Assembly: GCA_044226625.1 (NCBI GenBank)
Contig: JBGAGQ010000007.1
Span: forward strand, 32,001 to 96,000
Reading direction: 5' to 3'
Source: Thermoanaerobaculia bacterium
Lineage (GTDB): Bacteria > Acidobacteriota > Thermoanaerobaculia > Multivoradales > UBA5704
DNA length: 64,000 nucleotides
The position numbers were made by a program, and so were the translations under genes. Below, one piece after another: positions 30,201-40,738 of this stretch. Numbering within the stretch: the first letter of the stretch is position 1; every line of letters starts with the position of its first letter. The notes beneath the pieces are model-generated. The model worked only from the letters and a program-made list of their open reading frames with translations, made no database searches and was not told the DNA's origin.

Positions 30201-32356
30201 CGAGAGACCTCCGGCGCCGGCGGCAAACGCCGCCGGACGAGCAGGACGAGGAGCGAGCCGATCAGCGCGAGCGCGAGAGGCAGCGTCGAAGGGAGCTGCC
30301 ACCCCAGCCACCAGAAGGCGGGAAACGAGGCGCCGAGGTAGGTGCATGCCCCACCCAGGAGCACGATCGGCGCCAGCCTCGCACGACGCGCGAAGAGGCA
30401 ACCTGCGAGGAGCGCGCCGAACGGCACCAGCGACCCGACGAGGAACGGAATCCGCGCCGGCTCGGCGACCGGAGATCCGGCGGCAAGCGTGTCGACGAGC
30501 ATCGCTTGAAGGGCGAGTCCGGACACCGAGCCGCGTCGCCCCGCGCCAGGCGGCACGCGATGGACGTCGTCGCCGGAAGGATCGAAATCACCGCCCAGCA
30601 GGACAAGCCGGTCGCGAAACCGGCCGGGCCTCCGGTCGAGGGCATTCGACACCTCGCGCCAGGAGATGCGGTCGAAGCGGCTAACGGCGATCCGCGAATC
30701 GAGCGCAAAGGCGCCGTCCCGAGTTTCGTCGATGCGGAGCGAAGGGGGCAAGGTCCCGGCGGTTTTCGCGGCCCATGACGGGCGCGTCGCGCCCGACCGG
30801 TCACGGTAGCGAATCCGTCCGAAGCGCGTAACGCCGTCCGTCCCTTCGTCGAGGTTCACGAATCCGAACAGGTCGGCGGCTCGCTGGGAACCGAGCGCCA
30901 CGGTGGTGAGCCCCCCAATGCATTCGCGTCCGACCACCTGACCGTCCGGGCGAGAGAAGGCGGCCAGGGTGATCGCACTCGGATGGCGAAGGATCAGGGT
31001 CGAGAACGCCTCCGACTCGGACCAACTCGCCGGAAGCAAGAGGTCGATCGCGAGGCCCTTCGCTCCCGCGGCGAAGACCCGCTCGAGGGTCGTGCCGACC
31101 TCGTCCCCTCGGCTCGCCAGCGGGGGCGCTCCCCCGCCGAGGCTCGCCTCGTCCAGGGAGAGAAGGAGGATGCGCGGGTCGGGCGCTCGCGACGGCGCCG
31201 TCGCGGCTCGAAGATCTTCGACCCATCGATCGATCGCGGGAAGAAACGGCGTAGGAAGCACGAGCCCCAAGAGAAACAAGCACGCCGTCAAACCCGCGGC
31301 AAGGAGCGCCCGCCGCGGCCGCTCACGGACCCGCCATCGGCGGAGGGATTCACGCTCGGTGGCCCGACGGATCGTCGACAGGGCCTCCCCCGCGCTCGCC
31401 GGGCGCCGGGCCGGGTCCTTCTCCAGAAGTGCCCGCAGGGCATGCCAAACCACATCGGGCAACGGCGAGCCCGCCGGGGTCGGCACGGAGGGCTCCCGGT
31501 CGACGTGTGCTCGCAGCACCTCCGCCGTCGTTCCCAAGAACGGCGGCTGCCCGGCGAGGAGCTCATAGGCGATGACGCCGAAAGAGTAGAGGTCCGAAGC
31601 GCGCTGGGGGCGCTCGCCAAGAATCACCTCCGGCGCGACGTAGTGGGGCGTGCCGAGAAGTGCACCGGTTTCGGTCAAGCCGGCATCTTCCGGGCCCGAA
31701 AGCGTTTCACTCCAGCCACTCTCCGGCGGCGATCCCGCCTCACTGCGCTCTTTGGGTTTCCCTAAGAGGTCGGCCAATCCGAAGTCCAGGACTTTTGCCT
31801 GCTGATCGCCGCCCACGGCCACGATTAGCACGTTGTCCGGTTTGAGGTCGCGATGAAGGATTTTCCGTTCGTGGGCAGCATCGATCGCTTGGGCGATCTC
31901 GTCGAGCCAAAGCAGCGCGCGAGGGAGTGGCGTGGGACCTTTCCGGCAAATCTCGGCGAGCGACTTTCCCTCCAAGAGCTCCATCACGAGATAGGGAGCG
32001 CCCGAAGGATCTCGTCCAAAGTCGGCGACCTCGACCACGTTCGGATGCCGCAGACGGCCGAGCGCTTCGGCCTCGCGGGCGAAACGATCCAGATGGGAGG
32101 ACTCCGCCGAGCCGGCCTTTAGGAGCTTGACGGCGAACGATCTTTTTAAACCAACGTGGAGCGCTCGGTAAGCCACGCCGCTCGAGCCTTCGCCGAGACG
32201 TTCTCCGAGGAGGTAACGCCCGTCCAGGAGGTGCGCCTCCCCGAGGTTGCCCGGTGATTCCGGCGGCGGGATGGAAGAGGAGGAGGTTCCAATTGGGTAC
32301 ATCCGCGCGGATTCGCTGCGACGAACCGGCGCGGTTCGGCGCGCGTTCTCACTCAT
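30197..32356 (-). CDS. Ser/Thr protein kinase fused to transmembrane CHASE2 sensor
   Basis: ATGA overlap with the CHAT stop. Kinase motifs GEGSSG, AVK, HRDLKPDN, DFG, GTPHYVAPE. Then a TM segment, CHASE2 motifs (PDPRILLLSLDE, IDLL, GFVNL..DGVTR, FRDRLVLLG) and three TMs. Confidence 0.88.
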   Translation of the reverse strand: MSENARRTAPVRRSESARMYPIGTSSSSIPPPESPGNLGEAHLLDGRYLLGERLGEGSSGVAYRALHVGLKRSFAVKLLKAGSAESSHLDRFAREAEALGRLRHPNVVEVADFGRDPSGAPYLVMELLEGKSLAEICRKGPTPLPRALLWLDEIAQAIDAAHERKILHRDLKPDNVLIVAVGGDQQAKVLDFGLADLLGKPKERSEAGSPPESGWSETLSGPEDAGLTETGALLGTPHYVAPEVILGERPQRASDLYSFGVIAYELLAGQPPFLGTTAEVLRAHVDREPSVPTPAGSPLPDVVWHALRALLEKDPARRPASAGEALSTIRRATERESLRRWRVRERPRRALLAAGLTACLFLLGLVLPTPFLPAIDRWVEDLRAATAPSRAPDPRILLLSLDEASLGGGAPPLASRGDEVGTTLERVFAAGAKGLAIDLLLPASWSESEAFSTLILRHPSAITLAAFSRPDGQVVGRECIGGLTTVALGSQRAADLFGFVNLDEGTDGVTRFGRIRYRDRSGATRPSWAAKTAGTLPPSLRIDETRDGAFALDSRIAVSRFDRISWREVSNALDRRPGRFRDRLVLLGGDFDPSGDDVHRVPPGAGRRGSVSGLALQAMLVDTLAAGSPVAEPARIPFLVGSLVPFGALLAGCLFARRARLAPIVLLGGACTYLGASFPAFWWLGWQLPSTLPLALALIGSLLVLLVRRRLPPAPEVSR

Positions 32357-35300
32357 CGCCAATCGCCCGACAGTTGGAACGCCGCCCAGGCATAGGGATG
32401 CTGGAGCTCCCGATGGGGTGAGCGGATCAGATCGACCTGGGCGCGACGGAGGGCTTCGTCTTTGCTCAGGCCCGCCCGAAGGTAGGCGTAAAAGCGCTTC
32501 ATCAGCTCCGCGGTGGCCCGATCGGAAACGCTCCAAAGCGAGCCGAGCACCGAGCGCGCACCGGCGTACTGAAACGCTCGGGTCAGGCCCAGCAGCCCCT
32601 CGCCACCGTTCTCTTGCCCGAGAGCACTGTCGCACGATGAAAGGGTGACGAGGTCGGCATCGAGACGCATGCCTTCAAAGATCTCCCAAGCCTGGAGCAA
32701 GCCGTTGTCCTCCCCCTCCTTCGGATGCTCGGGGATGGTGAGCGCAAGAGCGGAGTTCAACGGGAAGCGTTCGTCCAGGAGGCCGTGGCAGGAGAAGTGG
32801 AGATATCGGGTCTCCTTCGGGACAGCCTTCGCGCGCTCTTCCGTGGCGTCGGCGCCGAGAAACGTTCGGGCTCCAGGAAAGAGCGCCGCGATGCCGCGCA
32901 CTTCGTCAGAGGAGGCAGCCAGAGGGTTCAGGGCGAGGCCACGGGTCACCGCGGAGCGGACTTCCGGATCGGTCGTACCGGGTGACACGGCCGCTGGATA
33001 TTTCGGATCGCCGAATGCGACGAGATCGCCCGGCTCGATCGGCCGGGATCTCCGTCGAGCTTTGAGCAGATCGGCGTAAACGGTCGCCGATAGCACTTCG
33101 TGAATCGGTTTCTGTTCGGCAAGCCACCGACCGTCTCTCCGGAGAGCGGCGAACGGCAAGGTATGCAACGGGCCATCCGGTGAAATCAAGAGCCGGCTCG
33201 CCTTTGAGATCGCAGCGTCAGCGGGACGAAGCAGGAGGTCGTACAGCTCCCGGGCCTGGTCGGCAAGCGCAGCCTGCCGAGGCCCCTGACGAAGTAGCAA
33301 CGCGCGAAATGACTCGACCCGCTTCCGAAGGTCTCCAGATCCGATGGCGATCGGGAAAACCTCCAAGCCGGGGTCGTTTCCTTGCGGATGGACGACGAAG
33401 AGAAACGATCTTTCTTCGCCAGTCGACCAGGCAAGCAGCACCGTCCCCGGATCGAGAATTGCCCGAGCTCCCACGAGATCAAGTGGGCGCGGGTACTGAA
33501 GCGCCGCGACGCGGGGCGATGATCTTCGGATTCGTTCGGCAATCTTCTCTTGCTGGGCGCGGAGTTCGCGAAGGCGGACCAGCAAGCGATCGATCTCGAC
33601 CTGATCGCGCGCCGGACTCAGGCGCTCAAGGATCGCCTGGGTTCGGTCGAACTCTGCGTTGGCCTGCCGCCTTTCCCGATCCAGTTGCGGCAAGACGTCG
33701 GTGCGACCCCGCACGTCACGTTGAGCCAACAACTCGAGAAACGCGCGCGCACGCCCGCGTTCAAGGCCGTGGAAGGCCTCCTCAGGTCGATCGACGTCAA
33801 CCAAGGCGGCGCTGCAATCGCGATATGTCTCGGAGGTCTTCGAGCCGAAAGCCGACCGTCCCTCCGGCGTTCCCCCGAGCTTCCTGCGCTGGACATCGAA
33901 CGCTTCACTCGCACGGCAGAAATGCACGACAGCAAGAAGCAGGTCTCTCTGCCGCCTATCGATCTTGCCAAGCCAGTTCAGAGTCTCGGCTTCGCGGCTT
34001 GTCCCCGGCGCCAACTTCTCGTAAATCGCCAGCGAGCGCTCGAGATATTCCTTCGCCTTCTCGGAATCCCCCTTTCTGAAGCTGATCGAGCCCAACACTC
34101 TTGAACTGTCTGAGACAAAAATACTCTCTGGAGCCAGTCTCCGGCGCAAGGATAGTGACTGAAGCAGTAAGCGCTCTGCCGGCGCGAGATCGCCTCGCTC
34201 AAAAGCGTTCAAGCCACGCTGATAGTATGTACCTCCCAACTCAAAGCTCCATCGCATCGTCCTTTCTTGAATTGACTGAATCTGCCCCAAATACTCGTCA
34301 ACCTTCGCAAGGTTGCCATTCCTTTTTTCGATTGCGGCAAGTGTATAGAGATTGAAAATGACATAAAAAGACATCGGCGGCGAATCGCGAGCAATGCGCT
34401 CAGTGATCACCTGAGCTCTCCTGTATTGCTCCCTCGCTCCAGATAAATCGCCGGAAAGTCCTGCTAAATCTCCCAGAAGGTTGCAGTTCTGGGACGATAG
34501 AGGGCCCTCCGGCGCAAGCCGCCCCAGTAGTTCCTCTGCTCGGCGAATCCGGACCTCCGCACTTGCAAGCTCGCCACGTTTTAACTCAACGGCACCGAGA
34601 GTACTCAGGGTGTTCGCAACTTCATACCCGTCAGCGTTCAACTTGCCGGCGGTTAAGAGCGCTGCTGTAAAGATGGTTTCGGCCTTTTCGATCTCTCCTC
34701 GTACAACAGCCAGAGTTCCCAGGTCGACGTGCAGAGCCCAATCCTCGAAAGTCTCTTGACTGTGCCGATCGCGTAAGATTGCGAACGCATCGTCCAATAC
34801 ATGGCTTGCCGAATCGATACTTCCGCCGCGTAAGGCTACAGCCGCTTCGCCTTCCAAGCTCCAAAGGAGATCGATGCTACTGGGAGCCGCTTCACGCTGA
34901 ATCTGAGCGGCTTGCTTAAAGAGACTCTGACTAGAGGCCAATTCGAACTTCAGATACCTGATTTCTGCCAGATGGAAGAGAGTTGCCGCTAAAGACAAAC
35001 TCCCGGATTGCTTCCGTCCTAACTCGTCTTGTAGAAGGTGATCCGCTAGGTCGATCAGGTCTCCTGGCAGCCCGTCTTTCCTTCTCAACCATTCGACGAG
35101 AAGTTGGATCGCGACTTCCCGTCGTCGTACTCCTAAACGCTGGGTCGCGAGACGAAGGTGTTCTTCGCCCTCGCTCCACCTTCCTTTTGCAGCGAGCTCT
35201 CTGCCCAAACGCGCCTGGAGCCACGCGGCTCTCACAGGCTCATTCGTCGAAACTGCTATTTTCACCGCCGTACGCCAGCTCTCGATTCCTCCGTCGAAAT

Positions 35301-35829
35301 CGCCAGACGCTATTCGTCGTTGCCCCGCGCGAAACAACGCGAGCAAACCTGCCGGCAGGCTCGGCCTGGGCCACAGGCACCAGCGCCCCGGAGGCAAGGT
35401 CCACTCCCTTTTCTTCCCGTCTCGCGTCCCCAGGAGAGTCACCGGTCCCAAGGGCGCCTGCAGCGCTTCGACGTCGGAAAGATCGAGCGGCGTCGCCACG
35501 GGGCCGCCCGCCCGACCCCGCTTCCAAGCGAGCAGAACATCGCCCGCGCGGATTCCTGCCCGGTCGGCGGCCCATCCTTTGCTGACCGCATCGACAACCG
35601 CCTGCCGTTCGGGCTCACCGGCAATAAGGGACGGCGCGTACCCCTCGGGACCTACCTTGGGAATCCTGTCCGCCGCTCGTGTTCCGATCCGAGCCCCCAG
35701 AAGCAAGCCGGCTGCGACGAGGACCGCCGAGGTCACGACATTCAAGGCGTTCCAGACACCTCGGCTGACCGTTGGTTTCGACTGATCGGTGGAGTTCTCG
35801 GAGAACGGCATCAACACCTCTTTTGACAC
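32353..35829 (-). CDS. Membrane-anchored/exported PDZ-like/TPR/CHAT caspase-like protease
   Basis: N-terminal hydrophobic segment, AGIRAGDVLLAW, TPRs, catalytic HFSCHG and LSSCDS, SLWSVSD, PYAWAAF. Start may be ATG 35811. Confidence 0.9.
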   Translation of the reverse strand: MSKEVLMPFSENSTDQSKPTVSRGVWNALNVVTSAVLVAAGLLLGARIGTRAADRIPKVGPEGYAPSLIAGEPERQAVVDAVSKGWAADRAGIRAGDVLLAWKRGRAGGPVATPLDLSDVEALQAPLGPVTLLGTRDGKKREWTLPPGRWCLWPRPSLPAGLLALFRAGQRRIASGDFDGGIESWRTAVKIAVSTNEPVRAAWLQARLGRELAAKGRWSEGEEHLRLATQRLGVRRREVAIQLLVEWLRRKDGLPGDLIDLADHLLQDELGRKQSGSLSLAATLFHLAEIRYLKFELASSQSLFKQAAQIQREAAPSSIDLLWSLEGEAAVALRGGSIDSASHVLDDAFAILRDRHSQETFEDWALHVDLGTLAVVRGEIEKAETIFTAALLTAGKLNADGYEVANTLSTLGAVELKRGELASAEVRIRRAEELLGRLAPEGPLSSQNCNLLGDLAGLSGDLSGAREQYRRAQVITERIARDSPPMSFYVIFNLYTLAAIEKRNGNLAKVDEYLGQIQSIQERTMRWSFELGGTYYQRGLNAFERGDLAPAERLLLQSLSLRRRLAPESIFVSDSSRVLGSISFRKGDSEKAKEYLERSLAIYEKLAPGTSREAETLNWLGKIDRRQRDLLLAVVHFCRASEAFDVQRRKLGGTPEGRSAFGSKTSETYRDCSAALVDVDRPEEAFHGLERGRARAFLELLAQRDVRGRTDVLPQLDRERRQANAEFDRTQAILERLSPARDQVEIDRLLVRLRELRAQQEKIAERIRRSSPRVAALQYPRPLDLVGARAILDPGTVLLAWSTGEERSFLFVVHPQGNDPGLEVFPIAIGSGDLRKRVESFRALLLRQGPRQAALADQARELYDLLLRPADAAISKASRLLISPDGPLHTLPFAALRRDGRWLAEQKPIHEVLSATVYADLLKARRRSRPIEPGDLVAFGDPKYPAAVSPGTTDPEVRSAVTRGLALNPLAASSDEVRGIAALFPGARTFLGADATEERAKAVPKETRYLHFSCHGLLDERFPLNSALALTIPEHPKEGEDNGLLQAWEIFEGMRLDADLVTLSSCDSALGQENGGEGLLGLTRAFQYAGARSVLGSLWSVSDRATAELMKRFYAYLRAGLSKDEALRRAQVDLIRSPHRELQHPYAWAAFQLSGDWR

Positions 35830-35870
35830 GGAGATAGGCGGGATGAGTTAAACGGCGATCTAGCCCCCTC

Positions 35871-35901
35871 AAAAGCGTGCGGCCCGGGGTCGCCGGGCCG
35901 C
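35871..35901 (-). terminator. Terminator downstream of apt
   Basis: Stem GCGGCCCGG/CCGGGCCGC (35879-35901), followed by TTTT on the minus strand. Confidence 0.6.
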
Positions 35902-35929
35902 GTCCTTCCCCCGCGTTCGGCTTTACCGC

Positions 35930-36445
35930 TCAATACCGGATCAGCGACAACACCTCGTACCCCTCGAGCTTGTTCCGGCCCGAAAGGAACGTCAGCTCGA
36001 TGACGAACCCGAGGCCCACCACCTTGCCGCCGCGCTGCTCGACGAGCTTGGCCGAGGCGGCCGCGGTGCCTCCGGTTGCGATCAGGTCGTCGACGATGAG
36101 CACGCGGTCGCCCGGCTCGATCGCGTCCTCGTGCATCTGGAGGGTGTCCTTGCCGTATTCGAGGTCGTAGGTCTCGCTGATCGCCTTGGCGGGGAGCTTG
36201 CCCGGTTTGCGCACGGGGACGAAGCCGGCGTTCAGGTTGTAGGCGACCATCGGGCCGAACATGAAGCCGCGCGACTCCATGCCGATCACCTTGTCGACCT
36301 GCTTGTTCGCGAACTGCCATACGAACCGGTCGACCGTCATGCGGAGCGCGAGCGGGTCCTTGAGCAGGGTGGTGATGTCGTAGAACAGGATGCCCGGCTT
36401 CGGGAAATCCGGCACTTCGCGGATGAAGCTCTTGAGGTCTTCCAT
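35930..36445 (-). CDS. apt: Adenine phosphoribosyltransferase
   Basis: [36 protein letters not shown]. Confidence 0.97.
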   Translation of the reverse strand: MEDLKSFIREVPDFPKPGILFYDITTLLKDPLALRMTVDRFVWQFANKQVDKVIGMESRGFMFGPMVAYNLNAGFVPVRKPGKLPAKAISETYDLEYGKDTLQMHEDAIEPGDRVLIVDDLIATGGTAAASAKLVEQRGGKVVGLGFVIELTFLSGRNKLEGYEVLSLIRY

Positions 36446-36496
36446 CGATGCCCCCTTCTAGTTCAGCCCATGGTTCGGCGAAGGTCTACCGCGACC

Positions 36497-36796
36497 TCAA
36501 CGCACGATTTCAAAACGGTCCCCGTCGGGGACGATGACTTCTTCGGACAGCGCCGTCCGCTCGACCCTCGCCGGATGCCCCGGCCCCTCGTCGAGCAGGC
36601 GCTGCGCGAGCTCGGTAAGCGCCGGCTCCGGGCCGAACGCCTCGATCTCGACCGCGCCATCCGCGCGGTTCCAGACCCTGCCGGCCAGGGACAGCTCGCG
36701 CGCCGTTCGCCGCACGAAATAGCGGAAGCCGACTCCCTGGACGCGGCCGGTGACGACGAGGCGGACGCCCGCGTTCAACCGGCGCTCCCCGCTCAC
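36497..36796 (-). CDS. acyP: Acylphosphatase
   Basis: GRVQGVGFR signature and VWNRADGAVE. GTG start overlaps the pcm stop (GTGA). Confidence 0.92.
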   Translation of the reverse strand: MSGERRLNAGVRLVVTGRVQGVGFRYFVRRTARELSLAGRVWNRADGAVEIEAFGPEPALTELAQRLLDEGPGHPARVERTALSEEVIVPDGDRFEIVR

Positions 36797-37455
36797 GGCT
36801 TCGGCTCCTCCCAACCGTGGCGGCCGAGCAACGGCACGAACGCCACGTCCTCCCCCGCCTCGCGGGTCACCTCGCCCGCGGCGTCCTTGCGGTAGACCAC
36901 GAGGCGCTGGGCGTACAGCGTCCCTTCGGGGATGACCAGGATTCCCCCCGGGGCCAGCTGATCGAGCAACGGCGGCGGTACGCGCGGCGCTCCGGCGGTG
37001 ACGAGGATCCGGTCGAACGGCGCCACGTCGCTCCACCCGACCGTGCCGTCGAAGATCTGGATCTTGACGTTGTCGAGCTTCAGGTCGCGCATCCGGGCGA
37101 TCGCCTCCCGAGCGAGCGGCGCCACGCGCTCCAGACTGTAGACGCGGCGCGCGAGGAGAGCCAGGATCGCGGTCTGGTAGCCCGAGCCCGTGCCGATCTC
37201 GAGCACCGAGCTCTCGGGGCGGACGTCGAGCAGCTCGGTCATGCGCGCCACGACCGTCGGCTGCGAGATGGTCTGCCCCTCGCCGATCGAGAGCGCGCTG
37301 TCGGAGTAGGCCAGGTGCGGCAGCGTCCCCGGCTTGACGAACAGATGGCGCGGAATCCGGCGCATTGCCTCGAGCACCCGCTCGTCGCGGATCCCCCGCC
37401 GGCGCGCGAGGTCGCCGATCATCCGCTCGCGCGCGGTGACGAGCGGATCTTTCAT
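36793..37455 (-). CDS. pcm: Protein-L-isoaspartate O-methyltransferase
   Basis: PRHLFV, GQTISQP, VLEIGTGSGYQ, APFDRILVTA. ATGA overlap with surE. Confidence 0.96.
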   Translation of the reverse strand: MKDPLVTARERMIGDLARRRGIRDERVLEAMRRIPRHLFVKPGTLPHLAYSDSALSIGEGQTISQPTVVARMTELLDVRPESSVLEIGTGSGYQTAILALLARRVYSLERVAPLAREAIARMRDLKLDNVKIQIFDGTVGWSDVAPFDRILVTAGAPRVPPPLLDQLAPGGILVIPEGTLYAQRLVVYRKDAAGEVTREAGEDVAFVPLLGRHGWEEPKP

Positions 37456-38270
37456 TCTTCGGAAGCGGACTCGCCGGGAGCGTCGTTCCCGGTATCTTCG
37501 GTGCCGCCGTTCAAATGGATCGCCGCGAGCTCCTCGCCGAGCGGCGCGAAGGTCTCGAGCCCCGGGTAGTAGGTGAGGTCGAGATGGAGCGGCGTGATCG
37601 AAACCTTGCCGCCCGTGATCGCCTCGTAATCGGTGCCGGTCTCCGGCTTCCATTTGGGCGTCCCGGCGATCCAGTAATACTTGCGGCCGCGCGGGTCGAG
37701 CTTCTCTTCGACCGTCTGCTGATAGGTCCGCCGCCCGAGCCGCGTGAAGGTCACGCCGCGAATCTCCCCGGCCGGCACGTTGACGTTCAGGATCAGGTCT
37801 TCGGGAAGTTTCCGCTGGTCTAGGACCAGACCGGCGAGCGTCTTCGCGAAGCGCGCCGCGGGCTCGAACGAGAAGCCCTCCGCCACCTCCTGGCTGAAGG
37901 CGAGCGAAGGAACGCCGAGAAGCGTCCCCTCGAACGTCGCCGAGACGGTCCCCGAGTAGGTCACGTCGTCGCCCAGGTTCAGCCCGAAATTGATCCCCGA
38001 GCAGACGAGATCGGGCTTGTGATCTTTGAGCAGGTGGAGGAGCGCGAGGTTCACGCAATCGGTCGGCGTACCGTCGACCGCGTACCGGTTCGGCTCGAGC
38101 TTGGTCATGCGCAGTGGCCGCGTGAGCGTCAGCGCGTGGCCGGTCGCGCTCTGCTCGCGGTCGGGTGCGACGACGAACACCTCGCCGAGCTCGCTCAAGG
38201 CGTTCGCCAGGAGCTTGATCCCCTCGGAGAAGATGCCGTCGTCGTTGGTGACCAGGATCCGCTTGCTCAA
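37452..38270 (-). CDS. surE: 5'/3'-nucleotidase SurE
   Basis: ILVTNDDG, GTPTDCV, SGINFGLNLG, YSGTV; the surE-pcm gene order is typical. Confidence 0.97.
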   Translation of the reverse strand: MSKRILVTNDDGIFSEGIKLLANALSELGEVFVVAPDREQSATGHALTLTRPLRMTKLEPNRYAVDGTPTDCVNLALLHLLKDHKPDLVCSGINFGLNLGDDVTYSGTVSATFEGTLLGVPSLAFSQEVAEGFSFEPAARFAKTLAGLVLDQRKLPEDLILNVNVPAGEIRGVTFTRLGRRTYQQTVEEKLDPRGRKYYWIAGTPKWKPETGTDYEAITGGKVSITPLHLDLTYYPGLETFAPLGEELAAIHLNGGTEDTGNDAPGESASEE

Positions 38271-38289
38271 AACGACTCGACCGCCCCTC

Positions 38290-39159
<870 letters not shown>

Positions 39160-39273
39160 GCGCAAATCTCCTCAGAAAAACGTCGAATAGCTCCTCAAAC
39201 CGACCGCGCTGGACGATTGCGAGCACCGAAGTCTAACAGCAGACCCACGACGGCGGGGCGAATCGCCCCCCCC

Positions 39274-40602
39274 TTACCGGACCACCGGCAAACCGGCCGC
39301 GCGCCAGGCGGCCATGCCGTCTCGGAGCCAGAGGAGGGTCCGAAAGCCGTCGCGCCCGGCGATCACGGCGGCGGCGCGGGCGCGGAGGCAGGCGCGGTCG
39401 TAACCGACGAGGACGATCGGCTCCCGGGCGAGGAACTTCTTCGGCCAGCGGGCGACGACGGCCGACTCGATCGCCGGCGTCCCTTGGGCGACCAGGGCGG
39501 GCGGCAGCGGCGAAGCGCCCGGCAGGTGCCCGCCGTCGAAGTCGGCGAGGTCGCGCAGGTCGAGGATCGGTAGCGGCGCCGGACGGTTGCCCGCAAGCGC
39601 GGCGGGGTCGAGGAGGGCTGCCACCTCGGCCGGCTCGACGATCCGGACCCACGGCAGCTTCGCCGCCTGCCAGGCGACCACGCCGCCGCGCACCACGCGC
39701 ACTTCGAGCCCCATCGCGCGGAGGCGCAAATAGCCGATCGACTGGCGAGCCCCGGCGTGCCCCTCTCCCAGCAGCCCGAACGGCGCGCTGGGATCGACCG
39801 TCGATCCCGCCGCCGGCCCGAAGCGCTCGAACGCCGACCGGTCGGCCTGCGGATCGGGCAGGCGGCCGCCCGCCGGCAGGCCGAGCCGGGGATCCCACGG
39901 CAGGCTCGCCGGCGCGTGACCGGCCCGAAAGGCCGGAGGGGGCGCGTAGCCCACGGCCGCCCAGTCCCCCTCGGACCGGAGGTCGAGCAGCTGCATCGCC
40001 TTGCCCGACGCACCGACCGCCAGGGCCGAGAACGCCGCCGCCGGCTCGATCCAGACCTCGCGGCTCGACGGCACCCCGAACGCGCGGGGTGGGAGCCTCT
40101 TGTCGCGCCGCGCCGTGTCGAACCCGGCGGCCCCCCAGGCGTTCCAGCCGCCGTCGAGGACGCGCACGTTGCGGCAGCCGGCGCTTTCCAACCGCAGGAA
40201 CAGGCGTGCGGGGAATTCGAGATCCGAGCCGTAGAGGGCGATCGGCGACTCCGCGCCGAGACCGAGCGCGCCGAGCGCGGAGCGCAAGCAAGAGATTTCC
40301 GCGGCGTCCCCTTCCGGGCAGCGTTGTTGGAGCGCCCCGGGATCGAGGTGGACCGCTCCGGGCAGATGAGCCGCGGCGTAGTCCTTGGCGGTACGGACGT
40401 CGACGCGGAGGTATCCGTCCGCCGCGTCGAGCGCCCGCGGGGTGATCGCCACCGCGGGAAACGGCGCGGGCGGGGAAGGCGAAGGGGCGATGTCCGAGGG
40501 TGCCGACGGCGCCTGCTGCCCCGCCGAATTCGAGAAGGGGACGAGCAACGCGCAGACGAGGACCGAGAGCGCAAGGCGGAGCATCGACCAAGGATGCCAC
40601 AT
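39274..40602 (-). CDS. Exported multi-rhodanese-domain protein
   Basis: Signal peptide, three DxR...GHxPGA rhodanese motifs, LDGGWNAW and GMAAW. Start approximate. Confidence 0.8.
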   Translation of the reverse strand: MWHPWSMLRLALSVLVCALLVPFSNSAGQQAPSAPSDIAPSPSPPAPFPAVAITPRALDAADGYLRVDVRTAKDYAAAHLPGAVHLDPGALQQRCPEGDAAEISCLRSALGALGLGAESPIALYGSDLEFPARLFLRLESAGCRNVRVLDGGWNAWGAAGFDTARRDKRLPPRAFGVPSSREVWIEPAAAFSALAVGASGKAMQLLDLRSEGDWAAVGYAPPPAFRAGHAPASLPWDPRLGLPAGGRLPDPQADRSAFERFGPAAGSTVDPSAPFGLLGEGHAGARQSIGYLRLRAMGLEVRVVRGGVVAWQAAKLPWVRIVEPAEVAALLDPAALAGNRPAPLPILDLRDLADFDGGHLPGASPLPPALVAQGTPAIESAVVARWPKKFLAREPIVLVGYDRACLRARAAAVIAGRDGFRTLLWLRDGMAAWRAAGLPVVR

Positions 40603-40738
40603 CCTCCTCCTTCCCCCGGGTGTAACGCCGCTCGCGTCGGCGCGCCGATCGAGAGGGAAGGGCCTCGAGCACCCCCGGCAACATGATAAATTAATGCTAA
40701 AGAAGTAAGTTCCCGCTCCCAAGAAGGAGGAACCGTCG

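Noticed and set aside
25880-35829. Diversity-generating retroelement or recent duplication between the two CHAT genes
   Set aside because: Similarity is at the diverged-paralog level, with no adenine-specific TR/VR pair and no reverse transcriptase.
9402-35930. Prophage or integrative element at tRNA-Arg
   Set aside because: No integrase, phage structural or conjugation genes, and no duplicated tRNA 3' end found by eye.
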